A stretch of DNA of 50,173 nucleotides from NCBI RefSeq assembly GCF_004010195.1, contig NC_057720.1, positions 12,124,276 to 12,174,448 on the forward strand, in the 5' to 3' direction. Made by a program: the position numbers and the translations under genes. Positions 23,151-35,868 of the stretch are shown here, piece after piece; the first letter of the stretch is position 1; every line of letters starts with the position of its first letter. The DNA comes from Chiloscyllium plagiosum. Its lineage: Eukaryota. The notes below the pieces were generated by a model. That model was not told the DNA's origin, ran no database searches, and worked only from the letters and a program-made list of their open reading frames with translations.

Positions 23151-24159
23151 ATCCCTTGTTTCTGTTTCTTTGCTTGTCTTGGCTTCGCTCTTATTTTTGC
23201 TTTCAGGCAGCAGCACACCTGCTCTAGGCACAACATTGTCTCTTATTTTCTTGCCCATTTTCCCAGTGACCCTGGGCGAATAGCACTTCTGTCATTTAAT
23301 GTGTCTTTTCTTTCACCCAAACACAGATGGTTCCTTTAATCCTCATCCTTTCTATCCCTTGCCCAGAACCAGTTGCACCTCCATCTTTCCCCTGTTCTGA
23401 TGAAAAGTCAGAGACCTGGAGGATTGGGTGTAATGTTTGGTGTTGTCCCGACAGTGCGGAAAGAGGCCATTTAGCCCATTGAGTCTGCCCTGACCCTCTG
23501 AAGAGCATCCCACCTAGTCTCTACCCCCTACCCTATGCCTGTAGCCCTGCATTTCCTATTACTAATCCACCTAGCCTGCACATCCCAGAGGCAATTTAAC
23601 ATGGCCAATACGCCCAATCTGCGTATCTCTGAACTGTGGGGTGGGGGGGAACCGTAGCACCCAAAGGAAGCCCATGCAGACACAGGGTGAATGTACAAAC
23701 TCCACACAGTCACCCAAGATTGGAATCGAACCTGGGTCCCTGCTACCTGCTGAGTTGCCATACCATCCAAGTCAACATTAATGTTCCTTCCAAGAGTCAG
23801 TGCGGTATTCCTCCAAGGAGTCAATGTGGGTCTGAGACACCCAGAAAACTCAGACCATCCTCCCGCTAACTCTGTTCTGCTTTCCAGAGATAATGTTGCA
23901 TCCTGCATTTCCAGCATTTTCTGCTTTCATTGCAGATTTTCCGGCCTCTGCAGTATTTGATTTTTCCTGCAATTGCCCTCGAGATGTGATGGTTTTGATT
24001 AATCATCTTTTTTTAAATCCTCTAATTTTGAATGTTTTATCTGATGGCTGTGGTTAGAATGGTAGCTCACTGTCCTCACATGGTTCTGGGTTCCCATGCA
24101 AGTCCAGGGGTTTTGGAAATTGGTGCCTTTCAGATAAAATGTTAACAATTTGCTCAGTT

Positions 24160-24470
24160 AGATTGCCTACAGTGTAGAAACAGACCCTCCGGCCCAACAA
24201 GCCCACACTGACCCTCCGAAGAGTACACGCCCAGACCCATTTCCCTCTGACTAATGCACCTCACACTAGGAGCAATTTAGCATGGCCAATTCACCTGACC
24301 TGCACATCTTTGGACTGTGGGAGGAAACCGGAGCACCTAGAGGAAACCCACGCAGACACAGGGAGAATGTGCAAACTCCACACAGACAGTCACCCAAGGC
24401 TGGAATTGAACCTCGTGTCTTGGTGCTCTTGAGGCAGCAGTGCTAACCACTGAGCCACTGTGCCACCCCT
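24160..24470 (-). mobile_element. HE1-type V-SINE
   Basis: Full V-SINE on the minus strand. Other minus copies at about 23450-23760, 29205-29527, 31725-32012 and 38780-39060. Confidence 0.88.
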
Positions 24471-25639
24471 GGTGTTAGCTCAAAGAAGAGTCATGGTTGG
24501 GTAGTTTTCCCACAGTAATCTGGCCAATATTTATCCCTTTATTAATGTCACAAATAATAGATTATATGGTTGTTGTGATATTGTTAGTGTATGATATAGT
24601 TGAGCGTAATGATTAGCTGCTGCATTTCACTGGTGACTACACTTAAAAACAAAATGACCTCATGGCATGTAAATTGGAAGGTGCTATGTAAATATAGAAA
24701 CATAGGAAGTAGGAAAATATCGAAAATTAACTATTCAGCCCTTCAAGCCTGCTCCATCATTCAATATGGTCATGGCTGATCATCCAACTCATACCCTGTC
24801 CCCACTGTCACCCCATGCCCTTTGATTTCTTTAGAATTAAGAATGAAATCTGACTCCTTCTTGAAAACATTCAGTGTTTTGACCTCTGCAGTTTCCTGTC
24901 ACTCTCTGGGTGAAGAAATTTCAAAACAAAAAACAACCGAAAGAACTGCGGATGCTGGAGATCAGAAACAAAAACAGAAACTCAGCAGGACTGGCAGCAT
25001 CTGTGGAGAGAAAGCAGAATTAACGTTTCGGGTCCAGTGGCCCTTCCTCAGAAATTTCTCCTCATCTCAGCCCGAAATGGCTCCCCTATATCTTTGGACT
25101 GTGACCCCTGATGCTGATCTCCCCAGTCAATGGGAATGAATATCTTTCCAGCATTGACCCCGTCTAATCCTCTCAGAATTTTATGGGTTTCTATGAGACC
25201 CCTGTCCTGCGTATATTCTGTAAACACCAATGAATAATGCAAGTCTTCCTTTCTCTTATTGAAAAGGGTACAAGGTCACTGCATCCCCAGCCTCTGACAA
25301 TATCAAATAAGACTAGTTTACAACGTATTTATTCCTTGGGATGAAGGCTAGAAGTTTTTGCTCCCATCTGGTTTATGTGCATTGGCAGTTTGATTTGACT
25401 GGAAGAATTGCTCAGTTGGTTCAAAGGCGAGTTAAGTATTGCCTTCTTTGTAATTTCTTTGATTGAACCTTCTCTCAACTGTGCGCCTCACATTTACCAA
25501 TTCGCTATTCGGACTCCTCTGAGAAACAACCTGTACTTTGATTGGCCTGGAGTCTCCAATCATGATGGATAAATCTCTGTGAACATTTGCCAGGTAGAAA
25601 ACATCATGCAGACAGTTTTGAATCGATGAAATCTTTTAT

Positions 25640-26430
25640 TTATTAGTTATAACAATCTTGCAACTGGAGAAAAAGCTGCAATGCAAAGGCAGTTGGGGAG
25701 ACTTGTGCATGACACACAGAAAGCTAGCACACTGGTGCAGCAGGTAAGTAGGAAGGAAGGGTTTATGCCCGAAATGTTGACTCTCCTGCTCCTCAGATGC
25801 TGCCTGACTTGCTGTGCCTTTTCCAGCGCCACGTTTTTCGACTCTAACTCTCCAGCAACTCTCTTCAAGGAATGTTGGCCCTTATTTCAAGGGGGTTGGA
25901 GTATAGAGTAGGGAAGTCTTACTGCAATTGTACAAGATGCTGGTGAGAACACATCTGGAACACTGTGCGCAGTTTTGGTCCCATTATTTAAGGAAAAATG
26001 TCATTTCATTGGAGGCAGTTCAGAGAAGATTCACTCGGATGATCCTTGGGATGGAGGTATTGTCTTATGAGCAAAGGTTAAACAGATTAGGACTCCACTC
26101 ATTTGAATGTAGAAGAATGAAAGGTGATTTTGTTGAAACATTTGGCATTCTTAATGGCATTGACAGGACATGGGAGAATCTAGGACTAAAGGCCATGGTC
26201 TCTTAGGGATGTCAATTTAAGACAGAGATGAGGAGAAATTTCTTCTCTCAAAGAGTTATGAGTCTTTGGATCTCCTTGTGAGAAGGGGCAGACATAGATA
26301 GATTCTTGACCAGTCAAGGAATGAAGAGTAATGGGGAAAGGGCAGGAAATTGGATTGAGCCATGATCCTATTGAATGGCCTATCAGGCCTGATGGGCCAA
26401 ATGGCCTATTCCTGTTCTTATTTCTTACAA
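25640..26430 (+). mobile_element. CR1 ORF2 3' part with an internal PLE pLTR insertion (about 25755-25860)
   Basis: ORF 25928..26206: YKMLVRTHLEHCAQFWSHYLRK..LEAVQRRFTRMI. Confidence 0.85.
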
Positions 26431-26630
26431 TCTTACGGTCCTTTGGCTGATAAAGAATATTTGACTGGGTAGGATGACTGGTTTGACATGATGCAGCGAT
26501 ACTCAAGGTCCAATTTGAGTAGACAACTTTACATTGCCTGGTCTTTATTTGATGTTGAAGTCTTGACATTAACACAAGTTTAGGGAAGCAGATCAGCCAT
26601 GAATTAATTGATTGGCAGGGCAAGTTCAAA

Positions 26631-26812
26631 AGTGTGTTGCTGGAAAAGCACAGCAGGTCAGGCAGCATCCAAGGAGCAGGAATTCCTGATGAGGGGCTTC
26701 GGCCCGAAACATTGATTTTCCTGTTCCTCGAATGCTACCTGACTTGCTGTGCTTTTCCAGCAACACACTCTAGACTCTGATCTCCAGCATCTGCAAACCT
26801 CACTTTCTCCTA
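26631..26812. mobile_element. Palindromic Penelope-derived insertion
   Basis: Flanked by ggNcaagttcaaa repeats. Core CTGATGA-g-GGGC-ttcg-GCCC-GAAAC-ATT at 26686-26713. Confidence 0.75.
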
Positions 26813-27050
26813 GGACAAGTTCAAAGGTTGAATGGCCGTAAATATAACAAATGGATTACAGTGGTTCAAGCAGGCAGCTCATCACCACTTTCTCCAGGGC
26901 GACTGGGGATGGATAATAAACACTGGACCTGTCAGTGACATTCATATCCTGGTCAATAAAAGTAAACTGAAGAGTTGTATTGTAGTCTGCATCACTGCAG
27001 CTCGCTTGTGTAAATGCTCAGATCCAATCTGATTGTTCTTGTTTATACAG

Positions 27051-27148
27051 ACAGGGAAACTGACATCACAGTCAGAGACACCGAAGACTTCTGTCTGAGA
27101 GACACCACCAGCATCGCATCGACAGACTCTTTTGTCTCAGCAGCTGAA
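27051..27148 (+). CDS. MIGA1: Mitoguardin 1 internal coding exon C (phase 1 in, phase 0 out), with FFAT-like motif
   Basis: Acceptor ttcttgtttatacag|ac, donor gaa|gtgagt. Encodes (D)RETDITVRDTEDFCLRDTTSIASTDSFVSAAE. STDSFVSA matches the FFAT-like VAP-binding segment of the mitoguardin family. Confidence 0.92.
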
Positions 27149-27229
27149 GTGAGTACGTTCCGAATGCATGCAGCACCCCTCTCTACAATTCGACTGACTT
27201 TATCTCCCAACATTAAAAGAAGGTCCCTG

Positions 27230-27725
27230 AGTGTCCCTCGGTGTTTCCCTTAGTGTCTCCCAGTGTGTCTCTATCTCTATCTCTCTGTGTCTCCCTGTGT
27301 CTCTCTGTCTGTCTCCCTCTGTGTCCCTGTCTCTCTCTCTCTCTGTCTCTCCCTCTATCTCCCTGTGTCTCTCCCTCTATCTCCCTGTGTCTCTCTGTGT
27401 CTCTCTCTCTGTGTCTCTCCCTCTATCTCCCTGTGTGTCGCTCTCTGCCTCCCTCTGTCTCCCTGTGTCTCCCTGTGTGTCACTCTGTGTTCCTGTGTGT
27501 CTTCCTCTATCTCCCTGTGTCTCCCTATCTCTCCCTCTCTGCTCCTTGTGCCTCCCTTTGTCTCTCTGTCTCTCCCTGTGTCACTTTGTGTTTCTGTTTA
27601 TCTCCCTGTGTCTCCCCATGTCTCTCTCTCTCTCTGCTCTCTCTGCCTCCCTCTGTCTCTCTGTCTCTCCCTGTGTCACTCTGTGTTTCTGTGTGTCTCC
27701 CTATGTCTCTCTGTGCCTCCCTTCA
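27230..27725. repeat. CT/GT-rich low-complexity minisatellite
   Basis: Degenerate units such as tctccctgtgtctc and ctctatctccctgtg, about 80 nt after the exon C donor. Confidence 0.9.
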
Positions 27726-27789
27726 CTTTCCATATTTGCAGCTACTACTGGGATGTTTCTTGTAACCTCTCCAGTGAAACCTGATGAAA

Positions 27790-29130
27790 AATACTTGTTC
27801 ATTTCATCCATAAATCTTTGTGTTTGAGGAATTAATAATGGAAAATGACTTTCTGTAGGACTAATGCTTGCTTTGTTAACTTTTCTTAATGTTTAGAAAC
27901 ACTGCTTGTTTTTATATTTTTCTACTTTTCACACAGGCTTTAATTTTTCCCTCTTCTAGGTTATTATTTACTATCCAGTATAGTGTCCAGTCTTTTGACC
28001 TGTCGCCCATCTTCGTGCAATTATAGGCTTTTTCTTTAAGTTTGATGTGATTTTAACTTGTTTGTTTGACCTTGGATAGTGGGTTCTTCCTTGGAATTTT
28101 TCTTTCTTTTTGAAATGTAACTATTCTGTATATTCTGAAATATCCCATTAAATGTCTGCTGTTGTATCTCTGTTGACCTACCTGGTAACCTAATTTGCTA
28201 ATTCACTTTAGCTAGGTCTAATTGCATCCTTCATAATTGCCCTTTAAAAGTTTAAAAGGCCTAGTCTTAGCCCCATTCTTCTCTCCCTCAAACTGAATAT
28301 AAAATTCAGTCTGTTGACGGTCACATTTATTTGCCATAAAATCAGTAATTAAATCTTTCTCATTGCAAGATACTATATTTAGTATAGCCTGCCTTCTGTT
28401 TGGCTCAGAAACTAACCTGAAAATATTCTATAACTCCTCATTCAAGCTACCTCTGCCTATTTGATTTCCTACTCTATATGTAGGTTAAAAGCCTTCATGA
28501 TCATTACCGTATCTTTCTAAGAAGCTTATTATATCTTCTAATGTTCTCCAACCATGCTGTACATCTCACTGACTCTATCCTACCATGTGGTTACTTTGAG
28601 GGGGCCAGTGCACCTCTCCTACAAGTGACTTCTTATCTTCAGCATTTCTCATCTCTACGCAAGATGCTTTTACTTTATTTCTTGAAATTTAGACATCTCC
28701 CGCTATTGTGCTAAGATAGCATTAATTAATAGGACCTCCACTCTATCTTTTCCTAGCTGCCAATCCTTCCTAAATGTCAAGTGCCCTTCAATATTCAAGT
28801 CCCAATCTTCTTCATCCTCCAGCCATGTCTCTGTAATGGCTGTCAGGTTATACTTACTTATTTTGGTTTGTGCTATCCGTTTTGTTTGGAATGCCATGTG
28901 CAATCAGATACAGAGCCTTAAGGTTGGTCCTTTCATTATTTCTGTAATCCCAAGCCTTATCTGTTTGTTTATTGTTAAATTTGCACTTTCTATCCTTTTC
29001 TGTTAAAATCTGTTGTGATTTCTTGTATTTATATCTTGTCTCTTACCTTGCCTCTACTCTTTAGTTTACCATATTTTCCCAAATTTGGTTCCATGCCCAA
29101 CAATATAAGTTAAGAATCTCTACTTCCCTC
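27790..29130 (-). mobile_element. Old CR1 ORF2 5' fragment (APE endonuclease)
   Basis: ORF 28703..28903: YNLTAITETWL..WDLNIEG..FRKD (APE ITETW motif). Confidence 0.75.
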
Positions 29131-29639
29131 ATAATGGGGCTCCTCAAACAGTGGCCTAATGGTCACCACTCTCAATTGTCATAAAACAAAACTATCGTCC
29201 TTTAATCATACAATCCTTACAGTGCAGATAGAGGCCATTCGGCCCTTCACATCTGCACCAGCTCTCCGAAGAGCAAACCACCCAGACTCAGCCCTCCAGC
29301 CTCTCCCTGTAACTTCCCATTTCCCATGGCTAATCCACCCAGCCTGCATATCCCTGGGTACTATGAGTAATTTAGCATGGCCAATCCACCTAGCCTGCAC
29401 ATCTTTGGACTGTGGGAGGAATCCAGAGCACCTGGAGGAAACCCACGCAGACACACGGAGAATGTGCAAGCTGCAAATACACAGTCACCCACTTCCCTGG
29501 CGCTGTGAGGCAGCAGTGCTAACCATGTTAGGGAAGGAAATCTGTCATCCTTATCTGGCCTGGCTTACATATGACTTGAGACCCACAGCAATGTGGTTGA
29601 CTCTTAACTGTCCCAGGCCAATTAGAGATGGGCAATACA

Positions 29640-29985
29640 TTTGAATTTGAATTGAATTTATTGTCATGTGTACTGAGGCAAAGTGAAAAGCTTTCTCTTT
29701 CGAGCAATACAGGCAGATCACAGAGTTAAGTAGCATAGATAGTAAATAATAGGTAAACAGGCAAAAACAAAGACACAGGTACAGGCGAATGTTAAGAGTT
29801 TGTGAGTCCATTCAGTATTCTAACAACAGTTGGGGAGAAACTGTTTCGAAACTGGCTGGTGCATGTGTTTAGGCTTCTGTACTGTCCCCTTGATGGTAGA
29901 GGTTGTAGAAAAACATTTCCGAGGGTGGGATGGATCTTTGAGAATGCTGGCGGCCTTTCCTTGACAGTGGGCCTGGTAGATAATA
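29640..29985 (-). mobile_element. Rex1/Babar LINE 3' end inserted in a MetaSINE-like tail
   Basis: ORF 29792..29995: LQPLPSRGQYRSLNTCTSQFRNSFSPTVVRILN. The SINE tail resumes at about 29985 (cacatcccatgaacgaatg). Confidence 0.75.
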
Positions 29986-30489
29986 CTGGCCACATCCCAT
30001 GAACGAATGAAAAAGATGGAAATCATCCCAATAGTACAGCCCCAATTTCCCCATTACTGGCGCCTCATGAACCAGAACCCCTTTCTCCTGCCTCTGTCCC
30101 GGAGTCAGTCTAATCTTATTTTCCCTTTGCCAATTTGCACATGGACCAGGTAATAATCCATGGATTATTAACTTGCCTGACTCCTCATATTGAACATGGA
30201 GAACCTCTTTCCTCATTCTGCCAATGTCTTTGGTACCTATATGGACCATGATGACTGGATCCTACACCTGCCCTGAGCAGATATCCTCATATCTGCCATC
30301 GAGCACGCAACACAGCCTTCTAGAGGATTCCTCTTGCATGCAGAGAACAGTGCCAATCCCAAAAACAAAGACCTACAGGCACTGGAAATCTGAAACAAGT
30401 GCAGATATTGATGGTAAAACTCAGCATCATTGGAGAGAAAGCAGGGTTACTGTTCTGGCCCTTAACTCCAGTCTCCCAGTTTCTCCGTT

Positions 30490-31570
30490 TCGATCGGCTC
30501 TGTTTTGATAATGCCAGCTTCTGCGGGGAAGGGGGGTCTCATAAATATCCATCTTATTCCTCAACAGGGATTTACCATCAGTGTGGTTAACAGAGCCCAG
30601 AGCATGTCAGACAAATGCGCCGCACTTCGGCCCTCACCCCCTACCTTCTCTTCCAGGACACCGATAGGTCCTCCTCGTCCTCACCTATATCCCACCAGCC
30701 TCCACATCCAAAAGGGTCAAAAGTTGCCATTTCTGCCACCTCCGGTGAGATGCCACCACCAGACACAATTCTCCTCCCCTCCCTTTGTCAGCCTTTCATA
30801 AGGACCATCCCCTCTGGGACACCCTGGTCCACTCCCCATCCCGTTTATTTCCTCCCTCCTCCGATCCGACACCCCAGACACAGCTTGCAGGTGAAGCAGT
30901 GCAATGCTTGCACTTCAATTAATCTTGTCTACTATACTCGCTGCTCACAATGTGCTCTTCTCTGCACCAGGGAGACAAAGCATAGTCTGCTTTGCAGAAC
31001 ACCTATGTTCAGTCTGCAAAAATGACCCTGAGCTTCAAGTTGCCTGCCATCCTGAAGAAGGGCTTATGCCCGAAACATCGATTCTCCTATTCCTTTGATG
31101 CTGCCTGACCTGCTGCACTTTTCCAGCAACACATTTTCAGCTCTGATCTCCAGCATATGCAGTCCTCACTTTCTCCTCGAAGATTTTAACATGCCACCCT
31201 GTTCTGGCCAACATCTCTATCTGAGGCTTGCTGCACTACTCCAGCGAAGCTCAACTCAAGCTGGAAGAACAACACCTCATTTTCTGTTGCAGTCACTGTA
31301 ACCTTCTGGACTTAATCTTGAGTTCAATAACTTTTAAGCTTGAGTGCCTTCTCCCATGTCCTTCCCCACACCAACACACCAGGCCCTGTCATCACATGGT
31401 TTGCTTTCATCACAACCAAGCCACTTTCACCCACCAGTAGTTTCTATTATCACTCTTTCTTCCTCCCTGGCTCCCTATAATCCATCTCTTTGCCTGCCCA
31501 CCTGCTGTTCTCTTTCTGTCTCTTTCCCTCTCCCTCTCTCCCTGGGCCCCACCTCCATCCATCATTACTC
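30490..31570 (+). mobile_element. Old Neptune-type PLE fragment (GIY-YIG) with a younger pLTR insertion at about 31050-31180
   Basis: TSINLVYYTRCSQCALL..ETK, FAEHLCSV and AQLKLEEQHLIF in the ORF track. Confidence 0.75.
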
Positions 31571-32134
31571 CTTTACCTTTACTACTTGAAAGTCTATAGG
31601 CCTCTGAAAAGAGACACATTATTTTTCATCTTGCACACATTAGGACAAGCAGAAGAGTGCCAGATTGCAAGCAATCACAAGAACTTGTATGACAGGAGCA
31701 AATGATGCTGAAAAGTACAGAGAACCATAGAATTCCTACAGTGTGGAAACAGGCCATTTGGCCCAACAAGTTCACACTGACCCTCCGAAGAATAACCCAC
31801 CCAGACCCATTCCTGTACATTTACCACCAACTAATGCACCTAACTTACACACCTGTGAACACTATGGGGAAATTAGCATGGGCAATTCACCAAACCTGCA
31901 CATCTTTGGACTGTGGGAGGAAACCCACACAGATATGCGGAGAATGTGCAAACTCCACACAGAGAGTTACCTGAGGCTGGAATCAAACCCAGGTCCCTGG
32001 TCCTGTGAGGCTACTGTGCATTCCCAACAAGGACATAGGTTTGCCAAGTACCCAGACTTTTTGTTCTAATATGCAATATTTGAATGTATTCCTATACCTC
32101 TCTGTTGCTTTCTTCATGACAACAGCTCATCCAC

Positions 32135-33930
32135 AAGACTAGGAGCAGAATTGGGCCATTTGGCCCATTGAGTCTGCTCTATCATTCCATCATGGCTGAT
32201 ATGTTTCTTAACCTCCATTCTCCTGCCTTCTCCCTGTAACCCTTGATCCCCTTACTAATAAAGAACCTATCAATGTCTTAAAAACACTCAAAGACTTTGC
32301 CACAGAGGGCAGCGGAGGCCATGAGTCCTAGGGATTCACCATCCTCTTGCAGAAGAAATTTCTCCTCACCTCAGTTCTGAAGGGTCATCCCTTCACTCTG
32401 AGGCTGTGCCCTTGGGTCCTAAGTCTCTCTGACTAGTGGAAGCATCTTCTCCACATTCATTCTATCCAGGCCTTTCAGTATTCTATAAGTTTCAATCAGA
32501 TTTCCCCCTCATCCAGAATCTTCAAACCCTTCATCCCGGGATCATTCTTGTCAACTTCTTCTGGACCCCCTCCAAGGCCAGCCACTCTTTCCTTAGATAT
32601 GGGGCCCACCCTATTCCAAAAATGATTGAACCTAAGCTTTATACAGCCTCAATACCACATGCCTACTCTTGTATTCTGGAAATGAATACTAACACTGCAT
32701 TTGCCTTCCAGACTGCCAACTGAGCGTGCAAGTTAACCCTTAAAAGCATCCTAAGTCCCTTTGTGCATCAGATTTCTGAACCCTTTCCCTATTTAGAAAA
32801 TAGCTTATGCCTCAGTTCTTCTAACCAAAGTGCACAATCTCACACTTGCCCACATTACATTCCATCTGCCATCTCTTTGCTAAACATTGACTGCTACCCA
32901 CCCCCTTCTCATAGCCATCCCCTTATCTGCTGAGCCTGTAGATAGATTCCTGACCTCTTCCACACTGTCTGCCCTATTACTTGTTCTGGAAACTTTAATA
33001 ACCTCTGCTGAGCCTTCTCCCCCAACCCCCCTTTAAGTCGTTCAAAATCCTTGTGACTTTGATTTAGCTCGATTTGCACTATCAGTTTATCTCCCTTGTA
33101 GAGTCATGGAGTCATACATGGAAGCAGTCCAACCAGTCCATGCTGACCACAATCCCAAACTAAACTCGTCCCACCTGCCTGCGCTTGGCACATATCCCTC
33201 CACCCATTTTGTATTCATGTATTTATTTAAATGTCTTTTAAAGGTCATAACTGTACCTGCATCCACCACTTCCTCTGGGCATTAATATCACACACGAACT
33301 ACTCTCTGTGTAAAAAGGAATTGTCCCTCATGTTGTCTTTAAATCTATCTCCTCTCACCTTAAAATTTGCCCCCGAGCCTTGAAACACCTACCTATGGAA
33401 AAGACACTTGCCATTCATCTTATCTATACACGTTATGATTTTATAAACCTCTATAAAGTCACCCCACAATGGCCTGTGCTCCAGTGAAAAAAGTCCCAGC
33501 CTCTCATTATAACTCAAGCCCTCCGTCCCTGGCAACATCCTGGTAAATTGTTTCTGAACCCTCTCCAGCTTAATAATATCCTTTCTATAACAGAGCAACC
33601 ATAACTGGACACTGTATTCCAGAAGCAGCCTCACTAACATCTGTCCAGTATAACCTCAATGTAACATCCCAACTCCGATACTCAAAGGTCTGAGCAATGA
33701 AGGCAAGCATGCTAAATGCCTTCCTCACCACCCTATCTCTATGTTATGCAAACTTCAAACAATTATGTACCTGAAACCCATGGATTTTCTGTTCTACAAC
33801 ACCACCCAAGGTTCTAATTTTAACTGTATAAGTTAATAACCTTGTTTGTTTTACCAAATTGCGATACCTCGCATTTATCCAAATTAAACTCCATCTGTCA
33901 CTCTTCAGTCCATTGACCCAACTGATCAAA
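32135..33930 (-). mobile_element. Two CR1 ORF2 3' fragments (about 32135-32885 and 33100-33930)
   Basis: ORF 33389..33640: LVRLLLEYSVQLW..IIKLERVQKQFTRMLPG, plus CR1 tails. Confidence 0.82.
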
Positions 33931-34274
33931 AATAATTCATTCTGAATGCTTAATTCAATAAGATACAAAGCCTCTAAGTTTGTTCAGTTATTGAGTTGCC
34001 CTGCAATTTTATGCTTCCTTAGTACAATCTGACATTAACACATTCTGTTCCTTCCTTTATTTTCTGGTAACAATCAAGCCCTTCACTAACCAGCAATCCT
34101 ACAATCTCTGTTTCTTTTGATTTTATCATTTTTCATGTAAATGAAACCCCCCCACCCACTGTTTAGGGCCAAAGTTAACTCACCAAACAGTTGTTGAAAC
34201 TGTGCAAGATGGAGAAACTCCGAAACAAGTCATTTTTTTTCCAATAGTAATTAAGCTCACTCCTACGTTAGATA

Positions 34275-34495
34275 GGTCAGGTCAGTTGGCTTGGATGGCT
34301 GGTTTGCAATACGATGTGATGTTATTAGAGTGAGTTCACTTTCTGCACTGGCTGAGGTTATCATAAAAGATTCTCATTCCCAGTCTCTCCCCCTCACCTG
34401 AGGCATAGTGACCCTCAGGTTAAACCACCACCTAATGTGTTTGCTCTAATGTGAGAGTAGTCTAATAGTCTGGTAGGACTCTGACTTTACCTTTT
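34275..34495 (+). mobile_element. Diverged tRNA-derived SINE (unclassified)
   Basis: A-box-like tcagttggc, B-box-like gagttcactttc, internal hairpin cctgaggcatagtgaccctcagg, tail gactttaccttt. Confidence 0.4.
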
Positions 34496-34809
34496 GGTTT
34501 GCCATATTTACACAGCCATTAAATACAATGAAACATACCTTGAACTTCATTATGCCAAAGGTCTGAGCCACATTAAAATTTTCATTCTCCTCTGTCACTG
34601 CCTCATCTGGCAACTTCCAATAAGCAGTGGTTTGCGTTGACCAGATAGTTGGAATTTTAAGGTAGCCTAACTGTACCTAATATAACCAAAAGTCGAAACA
34701 AAAATGTTCCAAAGTACTTATTATACAGTGAGTGTTGTGATTATGTGACTGAGCTAATAACCCAAACACAGAACTGACTTCTGAGGAACACTTAGAATTT
34801 TTGCAAGGT

Positions 34810-35609
34810 TTGTGAAGGTTTGTAGCTCAGGTTGAGGTTTAGGGTGTAGGTTTGCTCGCTGAGCTGTAGGTTTGATATCCAGATGTTTCATTACCTGGCT
34901 GGGTAACATCATCAGTGGTGACCTCCAAGTGAAGTGAAGCTGTTGTCTCCTGCTTTCTATTTATATGTTTGTCCTGGATGGGGTTCCTGAGGTTTGTGGT
35001 GATGTCATTTCCTGTTCGTTTTCTGAGGGGTTGATAGGTGGTATCTAGATCTATGTGTTTGTTTATGGCGTTGTGGTTGGAGTGCCAGGCCTCTAGGAAT
35101 TCTCTGGCATGTCTTTGCTTAGCCTGTCCCAGGATAGATGTGTTGTCCCAGTCGAAATGGTGGTTTTTTCATCCGTGTGTAGGGCTACGAGGGAGAGAGG
35201 GTCGTGTCTTTTTGTGTATCCTGGTCGTGTCTTCTGGTGTTTGTGTATCCTGGTGGCTCACTTTCTTCCTGTTTGCGCTACGTAATGTTTGTGGCAGTCC
35301 TTGCATGGAATTTTGTAGATGACGTTGGTTTTGTCCATGGGTTGTACTGGTTCCTAGAGGCCTGGCACTCCAACCACAACGCCATAAACAAACACATAGA
35401 TCTAGATACCATCTATCAACCCCTCAGAAAACGAACAGGAAATGACATCATCACAAACACCAGGAACCCCATCCAGGACAAACATATAAATAGAAAGCAG
35501 GAGACAACAGCTTCACTTCACTTGGAGGTCGCCACTGATGATGTTATCTGGCCAGGTAATGAAACGTCTGGATATCAAACCTACAGCTCAGCGAGTAAAC
35601 CTACACCCT
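34810..35609 (-). mobile_element. Penelope/Poseidon-type element 3' end with inverted pLTR
   Basis: Minus strand encodes NVIYKIPCKDCHKHYVAQTGRK..HTDEKNHHFDWDNTSILGQAKQRHAREFLEAWHS (GIY-YIG). 259-bp inverted arms at 34841-35099 and 35351-35609. Confidence 0.88.
35532..35571 (+). ncRNA. Minimal type I hammerhead ribozyme motif
   Basis: CCA-CTGATGA-t-GTTATCTG-gc-CAGGTAAT-GAAAC-GTC-TGG: stem I CCA/TGG, long stem II, ACGT palindromic stem III, predicted cleavage after C35568. Mirror copy on the minus strand at 34879-34918. Confidence 0.7.
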
Positions 35610-35868
35610 GAAGACTTAGAATGTTAACTCTGTTTCTCTCTCCACAGATGCTGCCAGACCTGCTGAGTTTTTTTCCAGCGTTTTCTGATTCAGATTTCCA
35701 ACATCCGCAGTATAATTTGTATAATAATCCAGGGAAGCATTAATGACAGGTTGAGAATTAGAAGTCAGTTTTTAAAACCTGGTCTCAGAAATTAAAAGTT
35801 GCTCTCAGTAAAAGTGGCTACATTAGCCCTTCTGTTGTAAAACCTGAAGTAATACTCTCCAGAAAGGA

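Noticed and set aside
27231..27827. Three overlapping 170-200 aa Ser/Leu/Cys/Pro-rich ORFs
   Set aside because: Artefact of a stop-poor CT/GT simple repeat.
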